DNA of 46,163 nt from positions 1 through 46,163 of the forward strand of contig JACFOI010000007.1 in the NCBI GenBank assembly GCA_019454415.1, given 5' to 3'. The notes under the pieces are model-generated. The model saw nothing but the letters and a program-made list of their open reading frames with translations, ran no database searches and had not been told where the DNA came from. The DNA is from Patescibacteria group bacterium (GTDB lineage Bacteria; Patescibacteriota; Microgenomatia; UBA1400; PJMF01). The position numbers and the translations under genes were made by a program. Below are positions 17,152-25,952 of the stretch, one piece after another; position 1 is the stretch's first letter, and each line of letters opens with the position of its first letter.

Positions 17152-17309
17152 CAAAAAATACTCACCTCTTTTCTTAATGGTGAGGATGGGAAAGAAAGTA
17201 TCAGCGGACCTGAACCCACGTTCCTACCTACTGCTCAGGGCCGCTGTGATCAATGCTTTTTGCACACTGAGTACAGGGATGAACACTCAAATAACTGTAA
17301 TCTATTATA
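17152..17309 (-). promoter_or_regulatory. TATAAT promoter and structured ~145-nt 5' UTR of the RRM gene
   Basis: -10 at 17304-17309; long stem 17202-17246; CTCACC/GGTGAG hairpin 17161-17184 covering the SD. Confidence 0.6.
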
Positions 17310-17390
17310 CAACATGCTCTGCAATAGGGAGCATGGTATACTCCTAGCGCGGTTTTCCTTGAGTAAATAGCGAAAAATAAAGGAGTTTTC

Positions 17391-18215
17391 ATGTCAACAC
17401 CGACTCTGTTACACGTCATCTGTGACTATGCTCCTGCCGGACTTGAGTTTGGTGAGATCAGCAGCCGGCTGCATCTCCACCTCTCTGATCCTCACGGAGT
17501 CCGGATTCACCCCACTTCCGTTCCCCCACTGGATACGATGGCCATTGGTTTTGTGACTGCGCAGTACGCGTTTGCTCCCCATCATGGTCGGATGGTGATC
17601 TATGGTAACGCTGCTCCTCGTCGTGATAAGAGCAAAGCCATGAAAAACAACCAAGATAACGGTATCAAGTATGCCCGGCTCGATAACGGCGTAGAGATCA
17701 TTAACGTCTACTCCGAGTTTGCGTTCGGTTTTGTCAAAGATCACATCGTTGAGTATCGCGGAATTGACAGCCCTGAAGGCGGCTCACAGTTCCGTTCTCG
17801 GGACTTCTTCCCGGAGCGAGTGGCTGAGATTGTTAACGGTAATCGCTCGATGTTGACCGACGAGCTCGATATCAATGCTATTCCTGACATCCCCAACAAC
17901 TTAGTCGCTTGGACGGATGGTTTTGGCAACATTAAGACCACCATGCGTCTCTCTGATCTAGAAGATCTGGGACTCAAGGTGGGTCAGAAAGTTCAAGTCA
18001 TTCTGAATGGTGTTTCAATGCTCGGTGTAGTCGCTGTGGGCGGCTTTTCTGTTGACCGAGGTGTCTTGGCAGTCAATGCTGGCTCTTCTGGCTATGAAGA
18101 CCCGTTTATCGAGCTGTTCCTGAGAGTCCATCACATGCGTGAGAAAACAGCTGCCGTCCGCTTTGACTACCCGGAGGGTGGTACTCCATTTGAGATCAAG
18201 CCGCTTGATGAGTAG
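17391..18215 (+). CDS. SAM hydrolase / SAM-dependent halogenase (DUF62) family protein
   Basis: N-terminal CDY, SQFRSRDFF (cf. TFHGRD), WTDGFGNIKTT, GSSG; SD AAGGAG. Confidence 0.75.
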   Translation: MSTPTLLHVICDYAPAGLEFGEISSRLHLHLSDPHGVRIHPTSVPPLDTMAIGFVTAQYAFAPHHGRMVIYGNAAPRRDKSKAMKNNQDNGIKYARLDNGVEIINVYSEFAFGFVKDHIVEYRGIDSPEGGSQFRSRDFFPERVAEIVNGNRSMLTDELDINAIPDIPNNLVAWTDGFGNIKTTMRLSDLEDLGLKVGQKVQVILNGVSMLGVVAVGGFSVDRGVLAVNAGSSGYEDPFIELFLRVHHMREKTAAVRFDYPEGGTPFEIKPLDE

Positions 18216-18232
18216 GTTGAAGGGATAACCCG

Positions 18233-19312
18233 ATGCCCATGACCGATTACTTTGCCACTCACGCTCCTGCGATTTCTCAAGAAATCAAGGATTTCTTTGC
18301 CGAGCGGCGTAGAGCTGCCCGCGAACTCTCCCCCAATCTGGAACAAAGTATTGATATTTTGGAGGACTTTACGCTGCGTGGCGGTAAACAGATCCGGCCG
18401 ATGCTAGTACTGCTGGGATATGAGCTCGCTGGTGGAAAGATCAACAAAGCTGCTTATCAAGTAGCGGCTGCTGTTGAGATCTTTCATAAACATATCTTAA
18501 ATCTCGATGACATGGCTGACCGTGATGAGATGCGCTACAACGGTCCTACGATCTGGAAAAAGTACGAAGCAGTCTTTGAGGGCTGGAAAGACGCCCAGCA
18601 TCATGCGCGCAGCTTTGCCGAGATTGATGGCACCCTGCTGGGGTCTTTCGCCTTTGATCTTGTCCGGCGTGCGCAGCTCCCGGCAGAAATCAAGCTGGCG
18701 GTGATGGAGGTTCTGATTAATCGCATGTACTTTGAGACCGTGGCTGGTTGGCAGATTCACTATCATCAGAATCAGGAATCACTGGAAGCAGCAAACGAGG
18801 AAGTGTTTATCAAGGGGCTCGACCTAGTGACAGCCCGGTACACCTTTGTCGGCCCGTTGAAGATTGGTCTAATCCTGGCAGGAAAAACACCATCAAAGCT
18901 GAGGAAGGCGGTCGAAAGCTACGCCATGAAAGTTGGCCTCGCCTTCCAGATTACCGACGATATTTTGGGCGTGTTCGGAGATCCTAAAGAAACCGGGAAG
19001 TCGGTGGGGAACGACATCCGCGAAGGGAAAAAGACGCTTTTGCTCCAACGTGCCTATCAGGCAGCTCAGCCCGCTGATCAAGAGTTCCTGGCGGATGTCT
19101 GCGGCCGGGAGTTGCGTCCTCAAGAGTTGGAGCGCGCCCAACAGATTATTCGAGACACCGGCTCGCTGGAGTACTCTCTGCAGCTGGCTCACCAGCAAAT
19201 TGCTGTGGCCTCTCAGGATTTACAAGCAGTACAGCTTTCCGGCAAAACTGCCGAAGAGGCACGCAGTGTCTTGCGGGAGCTAGCAGAGTTTATCGGGCAG
19301 AGAAAAAAGTAG
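18233..19312 (+). CDS. Polyprenyl diphosphate synthase (IspA/GGPPS family)
   Basis: GGKQIRP, first Asp-rich motif LDDMADRD..R, second motif FQITDDILG, GKSVGNDIREGKKT. Confidence 0.93.
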   Translation: MPMTDYFATHAPAISQEIKDFFAERRRAARELSPNLEQSIDILEDFTLRGGKQIRPMLVLLGYELAGGKINKAAYQVAAAVEIFHKHILNLDDMADRDEMRYNGPTIWKKYEAVFEGWKDAQHHARSFAEIDGTLLGSFAFDLVRRAQLPAEIKLAVMEVLINRMYFETVAGWQIHYHQNQESLEAANEEVFIKGLDLVTARYTFVGPLKIGLILAGKTPSKLRKAVESYAMKVGLAFQITDDILGVFGDPKETGKSVGNDIREGKKTLLLQRAYQAAQPADQEFLADVCGRELRPQELERAQQIIRDTGSLEYSLQLAHQQIAVASQDLQAVQLSGKTAEEARSVLRELAEFIGQRKK

Positions 19313-19318
19313 GATGTG

Positions 19319-19392
19319 AGGCACGGGCGGGATTCGAACCCGCGAACGAAGGTTTTGCAGACCTCGCCATTGGACCGCTCTGGTACCGCGCC
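19319..19392 (-). tRNA. tRNA-Cys (GCA); CCA not encoded
   Basis: Acceptor GGCGCGG/CCGTGCC, anticodon arm GAGGT-CTGCAAA-ACCTT, T-arm GCGGG-TTCGAAT-CCCGC, U73 discriminator; TGgTAAAAT at 19419-19427. Confidence 0.97.
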
Positions 19393-19433
19393 AAAAAAAT
19401 CAGACAAGTACGTTGCCCATTTTACCAGATAAA

Positions 19434-20537
19434 TTAGCGAACGCGGCGATAGAGATAGATGCCGACCGGGACGACTATTCCCAAAGCTACCAGGAGAATC
19501 AGACCTGCAGTCAGCAACCGATTGTTGTTGCCGCTTTGAGCTGTAGGAACAGCTGAGGGGCTTGGGCTGGCCCGCCGAATGGTCGGCGATGGTGAGACGC
19601 GAAGTGATCCCTCGTCGTAGAAAGTCCCTCCTGATGGCGTGGCAGTCGGACTGGCGGATGCAGTGGCGACTGGACTTGGGCTTGGGGACGGCGTTGGAGT
19701 GGGTCGCGGGCTGGCTGGAGCTGGCGTAGCAGCCGGAACATAGACTACTTGCGGAGTTGGTTTCGGTGAAGGTGGATTGCTGCAGTTTTCACTGGTGATG
19801 TTTAAGGGATTCCGGCAGCGGTTGTTGTAACAGCTGTAGTTGGCAGCACATTCGTTTTTGTCCGCACAGTACTCGTTGCAACCGCGGTGGATGCCTTGGT
19901 CTCCTACACCAGCGCTCGGCGATGGATTAGCACTTGCTGGCGCATAGTACTGCCCAATGGTGAAAGAACGCGAGGTAGTCATATCCAAGGTTACATTGGG
20001 AGCTCCGGCAACAGGAATGCTGGTTTCACTCGGGTCGAGAGTCACAGTGAATGAGCTGCCTTGATTCTTTCTAACCGTGATCGTCGCAAAGCGAACTTCT
20101 TGGCCATTGGTGTTTGCGATCTTCGACTTATCAAGTGGAGCGAACTGAGTGAAGGTGAACTCCACGCCATCACTAACGCCATTGATCTTGCTGCCGACTG
20201 GCTGAAGATTGAGTCCATTGTTCAAGTCAATGCTGACCTCGTTGCTATTAACGCCGGTGATTTTGCCGGTAACCTGAGTACCTACGAGCGCGTAGCCTCT
20301 ACTGTTGACATAAAAATCAACGTGGAACTCATTATTATTGACGGTCTGACCATTCATCCGCAAAAGAACGGTTTGACCTTGCGAAGCTTGTTGTTGAAGA
20401 TTCTGTTGCTGACCGATGTACTGCACTCCAAAAAGTAAACCAAAGGACAGCACCAACGCAGCCAGCGCTGTTACGACAATCGGCGCTTTTTTCGTCCGGA
20501 TTTTCTGAGGCACAGAACGTACTGAATCAGATGTCAT
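19434..20537 (-). CDS. Surface protein: N-terminal TM, cohesin-like beta-sandwich, Cys-rich module, P/S/T linker, C-terminal TM
   Basis: Two hydrophobic anchors, alternating beta-strand pattern (FHVDFYVN...FATITVR...FTVTLD), CNEYC..CAANYSCYNNRCRNP..C and PSPTP runs. Confidence 0.7.
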   Translation of the reverse strand: MTSDSVRSVPQKIRTKKAPIVVTALAALVLSFGLLFGVQYIGQQQNLQQQASQGQTVLLRMNGQTVNNNEFHVDFYVNSRGYALVGTQVTGKITGVNSNEVSIDLNNGLNLQPVGSKINGVSDGVEFTFTQFAPLDKSKIANTNGQEVRFATITVRKNQGSSFTVTLDPSETSIPVAGAPNVTLDMTTSRSFTIGQYYAPASANPSPSAGVGDQGIHRGCNEYCADKNECAANYSCYNNRCRNPLNITSENCSNPPSPKPTPQVVYVPAATPAPASPRPTPTPSPSPSPVATASASPTATPSGGTFYDEGSLRVSPSPTIRRASPSPSAVPTAQSGNNNRLLTAGLILLVALGIVVPVGIYLYRRVR

Positions 20538-20539
20538 GG

Positions 20540-21433
20540 TTACAATCCACTGCTCTGGCGATAATCATTAAAGAAGATCGCGTAATCCTGAATATCAGTT
20601 CGGCAGTCCCGATTAAGATCCGACGCGGCGTAGTTGCCGTTGCCGCACAGAGTCGGACTGGCAGATGCAGCAGGAGTAGGCGTCGCCGACGCAGATGGAG
20701 TCGGTGTTGGAGAGACTCCGGCATTATTCAGACATTGAGTGAGAGTATCCGACGGCGTGAAGCCACACTGTCCGTTTGCCTGAACTTTACACTCAGCTTG
20801 TTGGTAACATGCATACTCAGGCTTCCACTCACAAGTGGTGATGAGGTCAGCGGCGTTAGCCGCGACACAGAGTTGACCGCTACACCCGGCACGTTTACAT
20901 GCATCAGAGGTAGTTCCCCCTGCAACGGCAAACTGGTCAGTATCAGAACAGCTGTTGCTAGCATTCTTACAAGTAAATGTGTACGTACCAGTTTTCAAAA
21001 CCTGAAGCTTGCGAACCTCGGCAGAGTTAGGATTACTGAGAGTAATTGCCTCGGTTTTGCCGTTGGCAGTTACGGTTGCAGACATACGCGGATTACTCAA
21101 CAGAGCTGTTCCATTCTTGGCAAAACAGTTGACTTCCACGTACTCACCAGCCTTGAGCTCTAACTGACGTCCATCAATCCACGGGGTATCTTGGCCAGTC
21201 CACTTTCGGAACTGAACATTAACAGGAGCCTCGGAGCAAGTAACTGTATTTCCACCTCCACCCGTGTTACCACCGCCGGTGTTGCCGCCCCCACTCTCAC
21301 CATATGCCTGTCCCCGAATTTCCTGAGGACTTTGGGTGGCGCCGAGAGAAAACCAGATCACAAAAGCCGATGCTGCAACAAAAAGAAAAACAAGTAACGC
21401 CACCACGTATTTTTTTTGCATATGAATATTCAT
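20540..21433 (-). CDS. Surface protein with Cys-cluster domain and C-terminal dockerin/EF-hand-like motif
   Basis: N-terminal TM; CKRAGCSGQLC..TTCEWKPEYACY...C..GQCGF; SDLNRDCRTDIQDY. Start ATG 21433 or 21421. Confidence 0.7.
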   Translation of the reverse strand: MNIHMQKKYVVALLVFLFVAASAFVIWFSLGATQSPQEIRGQAYGESGGGNTGGGNTGGGGNTVTCSEAPVNVQFRKWTGQDTPWIDGRQLELKAGEYVEVNCFAKNGTALLSNPRMSATVTANGKTEAITLSNPNSAEVRKLQVLKTGTYTFTCKNASNSCSDTDQFAVAGGTTSDACKRAGCSGQLCVAANAADLITTCEWKPEYACYQQAECKVQANGQCGFTPSDTLTQCLNNAGVSPTPTPSASATPTPAASASPTLCGNGNYAASDLNRDCRTDIQDYAIFFNDYRQSSGL

Positions 21434-21565
21434 GTAGTTCTCAGCATAGCAGTCTTTTTTTCGACTTGTAAATAGGTGAGTGTAAGTTTTACTTGACCTG
21501 GGAACTGAATATAGTCGCGGCCCAAAAAATCTGTATATAATGATCCAAAGTTGTTGAAAGGGTTC

Positions 21566-22585
21566 ATGCAAAAAATCAAGACTTTTCTTCGCTCCTTTTG
21601 GCTATCTTGTACGTCTCCGACCTACTATGCGGAGATTATTCGCACGCACTTTAGTTTCTCACTGAAGTACTTACTTGTTTTTCAATTTTTAACGACTCTA
21701 GTTATCGCCACTTTTATTCTCGTTCCTCTTTCTCAAATTAATGTGCTCGGAATCCTGGATACGGTCAAAAACGTCTATCCTCAAGACCTGGAGATAACAG
21801 TGGATGATGGTAGGCTGTCAATTAATCAGCCTCTACCCTACCGTATCCCACTACCGGTGATCATGGAGGACCAGATGCGTCCGGAGCGATGGGCCGATGA
21901 CAAAGCTGATTTGAGGTATATAGCGGTTTTTGATAGTGACAGTAACATCCAAGGAGTCGACGATGTGCTGAGTGAAGACGCCTTTGTGGTGGTGACTGAA
22001 ACAACTATTTATACGCGCGACGGAGACGGGAAAGGGTTGCGAGTCAATCAAATCCCCGACGGGGAGTCTTTCCAACTTAACCCAGACATGGTCAATCAAG
22101 CGTTTGGGAAGATCACAGGCTCAACCTTCGTTCAACAGAAGCTGTACGTTCCGCTGCTTGGACTCTTCTTTATTGTTGTAGTCTTGCCAGTCATGATTGT
22201 GGCCAGCTTAATTCTGGTGGCCGTTTACGGATTCCTGGTGCTGATTATGACTCGATTGTTGAAAGGCTGGATGCTGGCTGGTCAAGTGTTGTCATACACC
22301 AAAGCAGTCCAAGTCTCGATTCACAGCTTAACATTGATCAACGTCCTGCATTTTGTGCTGAGGGGTTTGGGTGAAGGTAAGTGGCTGGATGGCGGCAACT
22401 ATGCGATAGCTTTCCTGCTCTGGACAGGTTTTGTCCTGTACCAGTCATTCCATATGGGAGGAAAAAACCATGTTACTGCTTCCCCAGTGCCCACAACATC
22501 CCGCACGAGAGCGTCTGCCCGATCCCGGAAGCCGGTGAAGGCCACTAAAGCTCCTCTAAAAGCTGCCAAGAAAACAAGGAGATAA
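21566..22585 (+). CDS. DUF1189-like membrane protein with basic C-terminal tail
   Basis: TM, soluble loop (ITVDDGRL), then 3-4 TMs; tail RTRASARSRKPVKATKAPLKAAKKTRR; TATAAT upstream. Confidence 0.7.
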   Translation: MQKIKTFLRSFWLSCTSPTYYAEIIRTHFSFSLKYLLVFQFLTTLVIATFILVPLSQINVLGILDTVKNVYPQDLEITVDDGRLSINQPLPYRIPLPVIMEDQMRPERWADDKADLRYIAVFDSDSNIQGVDDVLSEDAFVVVTETTIYTRDGDGKGLRVNQIPDGESFQLNPDMVNQAFGKITGSTFVQQKLYVPLLGLFFIVVVLPVMIVASLILVAVYGFLVLIMTRLLKGWMLAGQVLSYTKAVQVSIHSLTLINVLHFVLRGLGEGKWLDGGNYAIAFLLWTGFVLYQSFHMGGKNHVTASPVPTTSRTRASARSRKPVKATKAPLKAAKKTRR

Positions 22586-22671
22586 TCTCAAAATTTCTGT
22601 GTCTGAGGATGTAGTTGTCATCGGCCAACAGGCTCAGAGTGGTATAATTTGCATCAAATACACATAGAGTT

Positions 22672-23703
22672 ATGACCGATACACACGAACACAACCGACC
22701 AGTAGATGATGAAGAACGCGAAGAGTTCGATGGTGAAGAGTTTGACGACGATGACCTCGACGAAGATGATGAGTTCGTGGAGGATTTGGCCGATGAAGAC
22801 GAGTTCCCTGATGAAAGCGCTGATGAAGATGAAGATATAGCGGCTACAGTTAACCTGGCGGTCGCTGATATCGATCTGCCTCCCACCTATACAGAGGAGG
22901 TTACTGGCAGAAGTCGTTGGTCTCACTATGCAGAGATTATGCGAGATCTGCATATCGGGAAGTTGAAAAAAGTCCTCCGAATTGGTGAGGTCTCCTTCCG
23001 GTCAGAGTATCGTCGCGGTACCTCGGTTGCGTTGGGACTACTGCTCTTGGCGCTGTTGATTGCTGTGAGTAACCAGGGGGCTGTTTCTGTGCCTGATACC
23101 AAGGATGGACAAGAAACAGGAGTACTCTCTGATGGAACTCCAACTCCGGATTCCCCGTCCTTCAGTGGTTCAGGAGAAGGTGGAGGAGTTGTTATTCAAG
23201 GCGTTGGGGAAAACATGGGTGGTGGAGTCCCGATTCAGCCCACGCCTGAAGTTCCCGGGACACGCCCACCCTATCATGTTGTTCAGCAAGGTGAAAACTT
23301 ATTCCGGATCGGACTACGATATGGATTCACTCCGGAAGAGCTGGCTCTCTACAACAGTATCCCGGATCCTAACTACATTGTGATTGGTCAACAGATTAAC
23401 TTGCCTCCGGGCCCAATGCCCGGCGCGACTGGTGGTGGCGAGCCCCCTGTGAACACTCAAGTTGGTGAAGTGACCTCGGTCGAAAACGCAATCCCGGCAG
23501 TTACGACAGAGCGCCCACGATCCAGCGATCCTCTGCTCCTGGGAACGATGCTGGATGCAAATCACTACGTGGTCAACCAAGGAGATACCCTCTTTAGCCT
23601 GTCCCAGCGCTTCAACGTGCCGATGGAACAGCTGATGGCGTGGAACGGTATTACTGACCCAAATGTGCTTACGATCAGTGACATCCTTCAAGTAAGTCCC
23701 TAA
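22672..23703 (+). CDS. Membrane-anchored double-LysM protein with acidic N-terminus
   Basis: YHVVQQGENLFRIGLRYG...YNSIPDPNYIVIGQQINLP and YVVNQGDTLFSLSQRFNV...WNGITDPNVL; one TM. Confidence 0.9.
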   Translation: MTDTHEHNRPVDDEEREEFDGEEFDDDDLDEDDEFVEDLADEDEFPDESADEDEDIAATVNLAVADIDLPPTYTEEVTGRSRWSHYAEIMRDLHIGKLKKVLRIGEVSFRSEYRRGTSVALGLLLLALLIAVSNQGAVSVPDTKDGQETGVLSDGTPTPDSPSFSGSGEGGGVVIQGVGENMGGGVPIQPTPEVPGTRPPYHVVQQGENLFRIGLRYGFTPEELALYNSIPDPNYIVIGQQINLPPGPMPGATGGGEPPVNTQVGEVTSVENAIPAVTTERPRSSDPLLLGTMLDANHYVVNQGDTLFSLSQRFNVPMEQLMAWNGITDPNVLTISDILQVSP

Positions 23704-23746
23704 CCTCTCGAGTTTCCTGGTTACTTTCTGGTACAATTTGGCCGCG

Positions 23747-24919
23747 ATGACTGGAACGTATTACATTCATACTTTTGGCTGTCAGTCCAACAAAAGCGAT
23801 TCAGAACGGATTGCCGGCGACTATGAGGCGCGCGGATATCAACCGGTTGATGACTGGCGTCACTGTGATGAGCTAGTGGTCAACACCTGTGCGATTCGCC
23901 AGAGTGCTGAAGATCGCGCCAAAGGCTTTCTCCATAACGTCGTTGTCTACTTTCACGAACAGGGCCAACGCCGACCCAAGATTATCCTGACCGGCTGTAT
24001 GACTCATCATGGTCACCCGAAGCTCTACGAGATGTTGCCGATGGTGGATGAGATCCTGCCGATCAATGAGGTTGGTTTCAATCAAGCGGCTGTCCGTAAA
24101 GATTACCTGACCAAAGAAGGCAAAAAACACGCTTGGATTCCCATCTCGGCTGGCTGTAACTCATTCTGTACCTACTGCATCGTTCCCTACTCTCGCGGCC
24201 GGGAACAGTCGCGCTCACTGGAGTCGATCATTGAAGAAGTAGAGAGATTGGTGAAGGAAGGCTACTCGGAGATTACGCTGCTTGGGCAGAACGTGAACTC
24301 GTGGGGATTGGAAAAAGTTGGTATTGGTTTCCGCAAGCTGTTGATGGAACGGCCGGATTACAGTCGTGAAGACTTACCAGAAAACCAATCCCAGTATCTT
24401 ACGCCGGAGGGAACTCCACCTTTTGTCAAACTACTTCAGGCTGTTTCCGCCTATCCGCAGATTGAGAAGATCCGCTTTCTGACTAGTAATCCCTGGGATT
24501 TTCATGACGAGCTTATTGAAGAGATCGGCAAAAACAAAAAGATCGACCGCTTCATCCACTTGCCGGTCCAGTCCGGCAGTAACGGCGTCCTGTACAGGAT
24601 GAACCGTGGCTACACCAAGGAGCGATACCTGGAAGTTCTTAATAAACTCCGTGCAGTTGACTCGGCAGTGACGATCGGAACTGACATCATTGTCGGTTTT
24701 CCGGGTGAAACGGATGAAGAGTTTAACGAGACTGTCGAGCTGGCTAAACAAGCCAACTGGAAAGTAGGATTTGTGGCAATGTACTCCCCCCGTCCCGGTA
24801 CGGCCAGCTGGCGCATCTACCCTGACGACATTCCTCACACAGTTAAAAAACAACGCTGGGAAATCTTGGATAAAATAATTAACAAAGATAACCTGCATGT
24901 CCGACCTACTATTGTCTAA
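23747..24919 (+). CDS. miaB: tRNA methylthiotransferase MiaB (radical SAM; no TRAM domain)
   Basis: TFGCQSN..DSE, NTCAIR..AE, TGC, GCNSFCTYC, HLPVQSGS, TDIIVGFPGET, YSPRPGT; adjacent to miaA. Confidence 0.9.
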   Translation: MTGTYYIHTFGCQSNKSDSERIAGDYEARGYQPVDDWRHCDELVVNTCAIRQSAEDRAKGFLHNVVVYFHEQGQRRPKIILTGCMTHHGHPKLYEMLPMVDEILPINEVGFNQAAVRKDYLTKEGKKHAWIPISAGCNSFCTYCIVPYSRGREQSRSLESIIEEVERLVKEGYSEITLLGQNVNSWGLEKVGIGFRKLLMERPDYSREDLPENQSQYLTPEGTPPFVKLLQAVSAYPQIEKIRFLTSNPWDFHDELIEEIGKNKKIDRFIHLPVQSGSNGVLYRMNRGYTKERYLEVLNKLRAVDSAVTIGTDIIVGFPGETDEEFNETVELAKQANWKVGFVAMYSPRPGTASWRIYPDDIPHTVKKQRWEILDKIINKDNLHVRPTIV

Positions 24920-25952
24920 TCAAATTTTTTCAATTGTCGGGACCACCGCGACCGGAAAAACTGCGTTAGCTTTTCAGCTGGCAGAAGAAATCTGCAGACA
25001 GGATAAGGCTGCCGGAGTTACTATTCTGTCCGCGGACTCACGGCAAGTGTACAAAGGTCTGGAAGTCTGCAGTGGCGCTGATCTTCCCCCCAGCTGGGAG
25101 AAAACACTTCAGTTTGCGACTGACGGGTACAAGCATCCGGAGTTCCCGATCTCCTTTTTTGGTACCTCGGTAATTGAGCCCACAATGGAATGGTCCGTCG
25201 CCCATTTCAGACAGTACGCGCTGCCGCTGCTTGCCCAAAGTATTGATAGCGGTTTTACCGTTTTGGTGGTGGGCGGAACCGGTCTTTATCACGAACATCT
25301 TTTTTCTACTGATCCACAGCTGGATATTCCGCCTGATGAAGAGTTGCGAATGGCTGCTTCCCAGGTGAGCCTTCAAGATCTACAAGCCAAAGTGCAGTTG
25401 GAAGCGAGTGCTGCATGGGAAGAACTAAATGAGTCCGATCGTGCCAACCCACGTCGCTTAGTGCGGGCGTTGGAGCGCAGTGCTGCTCGAACAATGGAAG
25501 CAGAGAGCTCCCTCCCCTTAGAATTTCCACTTCAGCTCGACCAACTCAAACATGTGACCATCGGCATCGTTGACTCACCAGAGCACTTAAAAGAAAAGAT
25601 CAGCCAACGGATCACTGACCGTTTCCAGCAGGGTGTCGTCGAAGAAGTTGAGCGACTGATGAGTAGGTACGACGATCCACTTTGGAAACTGCCTGCATTT
25701 ACTTCCACCGGTTGCAGAGAAATTCGGATGTACATTGAGAGCCAGTTAGAACTCGAACAACTCAAAGAACTCTGGCTGCGCCGTGAGCTCCAGTATGCCA
25801 AACGTCAGCTCACTTGGTGGAAGAAACATCCCTATGCGACGAGTACTGATACTTTTCTGGCCAAGGTTCACCAATGGATTGACCTGAGTACAAATGAAGA
25901 TGAGGATTGGCAGACAGCGGTGACACAGTCATGTATACTTGGTCTATGTTGA
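24897..25952 (+). CDS. miaA: tRNA dimethylallyltransferase
   Basis: GTTATGKT, SADSRQVY, VGGTGLY, NPRRLVRALE, QYAKRQLTW. Confidence 0.93.
   Translation: MSDLLLSNQIFSIVGTTATGKTALAFQLAEEICRQDKAAGVTILSADSRQVYKGLEVCSGADLPPSWEKTLQFATDGYKHPEFPISFFGTSVIEPTMEWSVAHFRQYALPLLAQSIDSGFTVLVVGGTGLYHEHLFSTDPQLDIPPDEELRMAASQVSLQDLQAKVQLEASAAWEELNESDRANPRRLVRALERSAARTMEAESSLPLEFPLQLDQLKHVTIGIVDSPEHLKEKISQRITDRFQQGVVEEVERLMSRYDDPLWKLPAFTSTGCREIRMYIESQLELEQLKELWLRRELQYAKRQLTWWKKHPYATSTDTFLAKVHQWIDLSTNEDEDWQTAVTQSCILGLC

Noticed and set aside
19213-19407. 64-aa minus-strand ORF
   Set aside because: It overlaps tRNA-Cys and the polyprenyl synthase 3' end.
21250-21295. Short tandem repeat
   Set aside because: Degenerate coding repeat for a GGGNT linker, not a DNA-level element.
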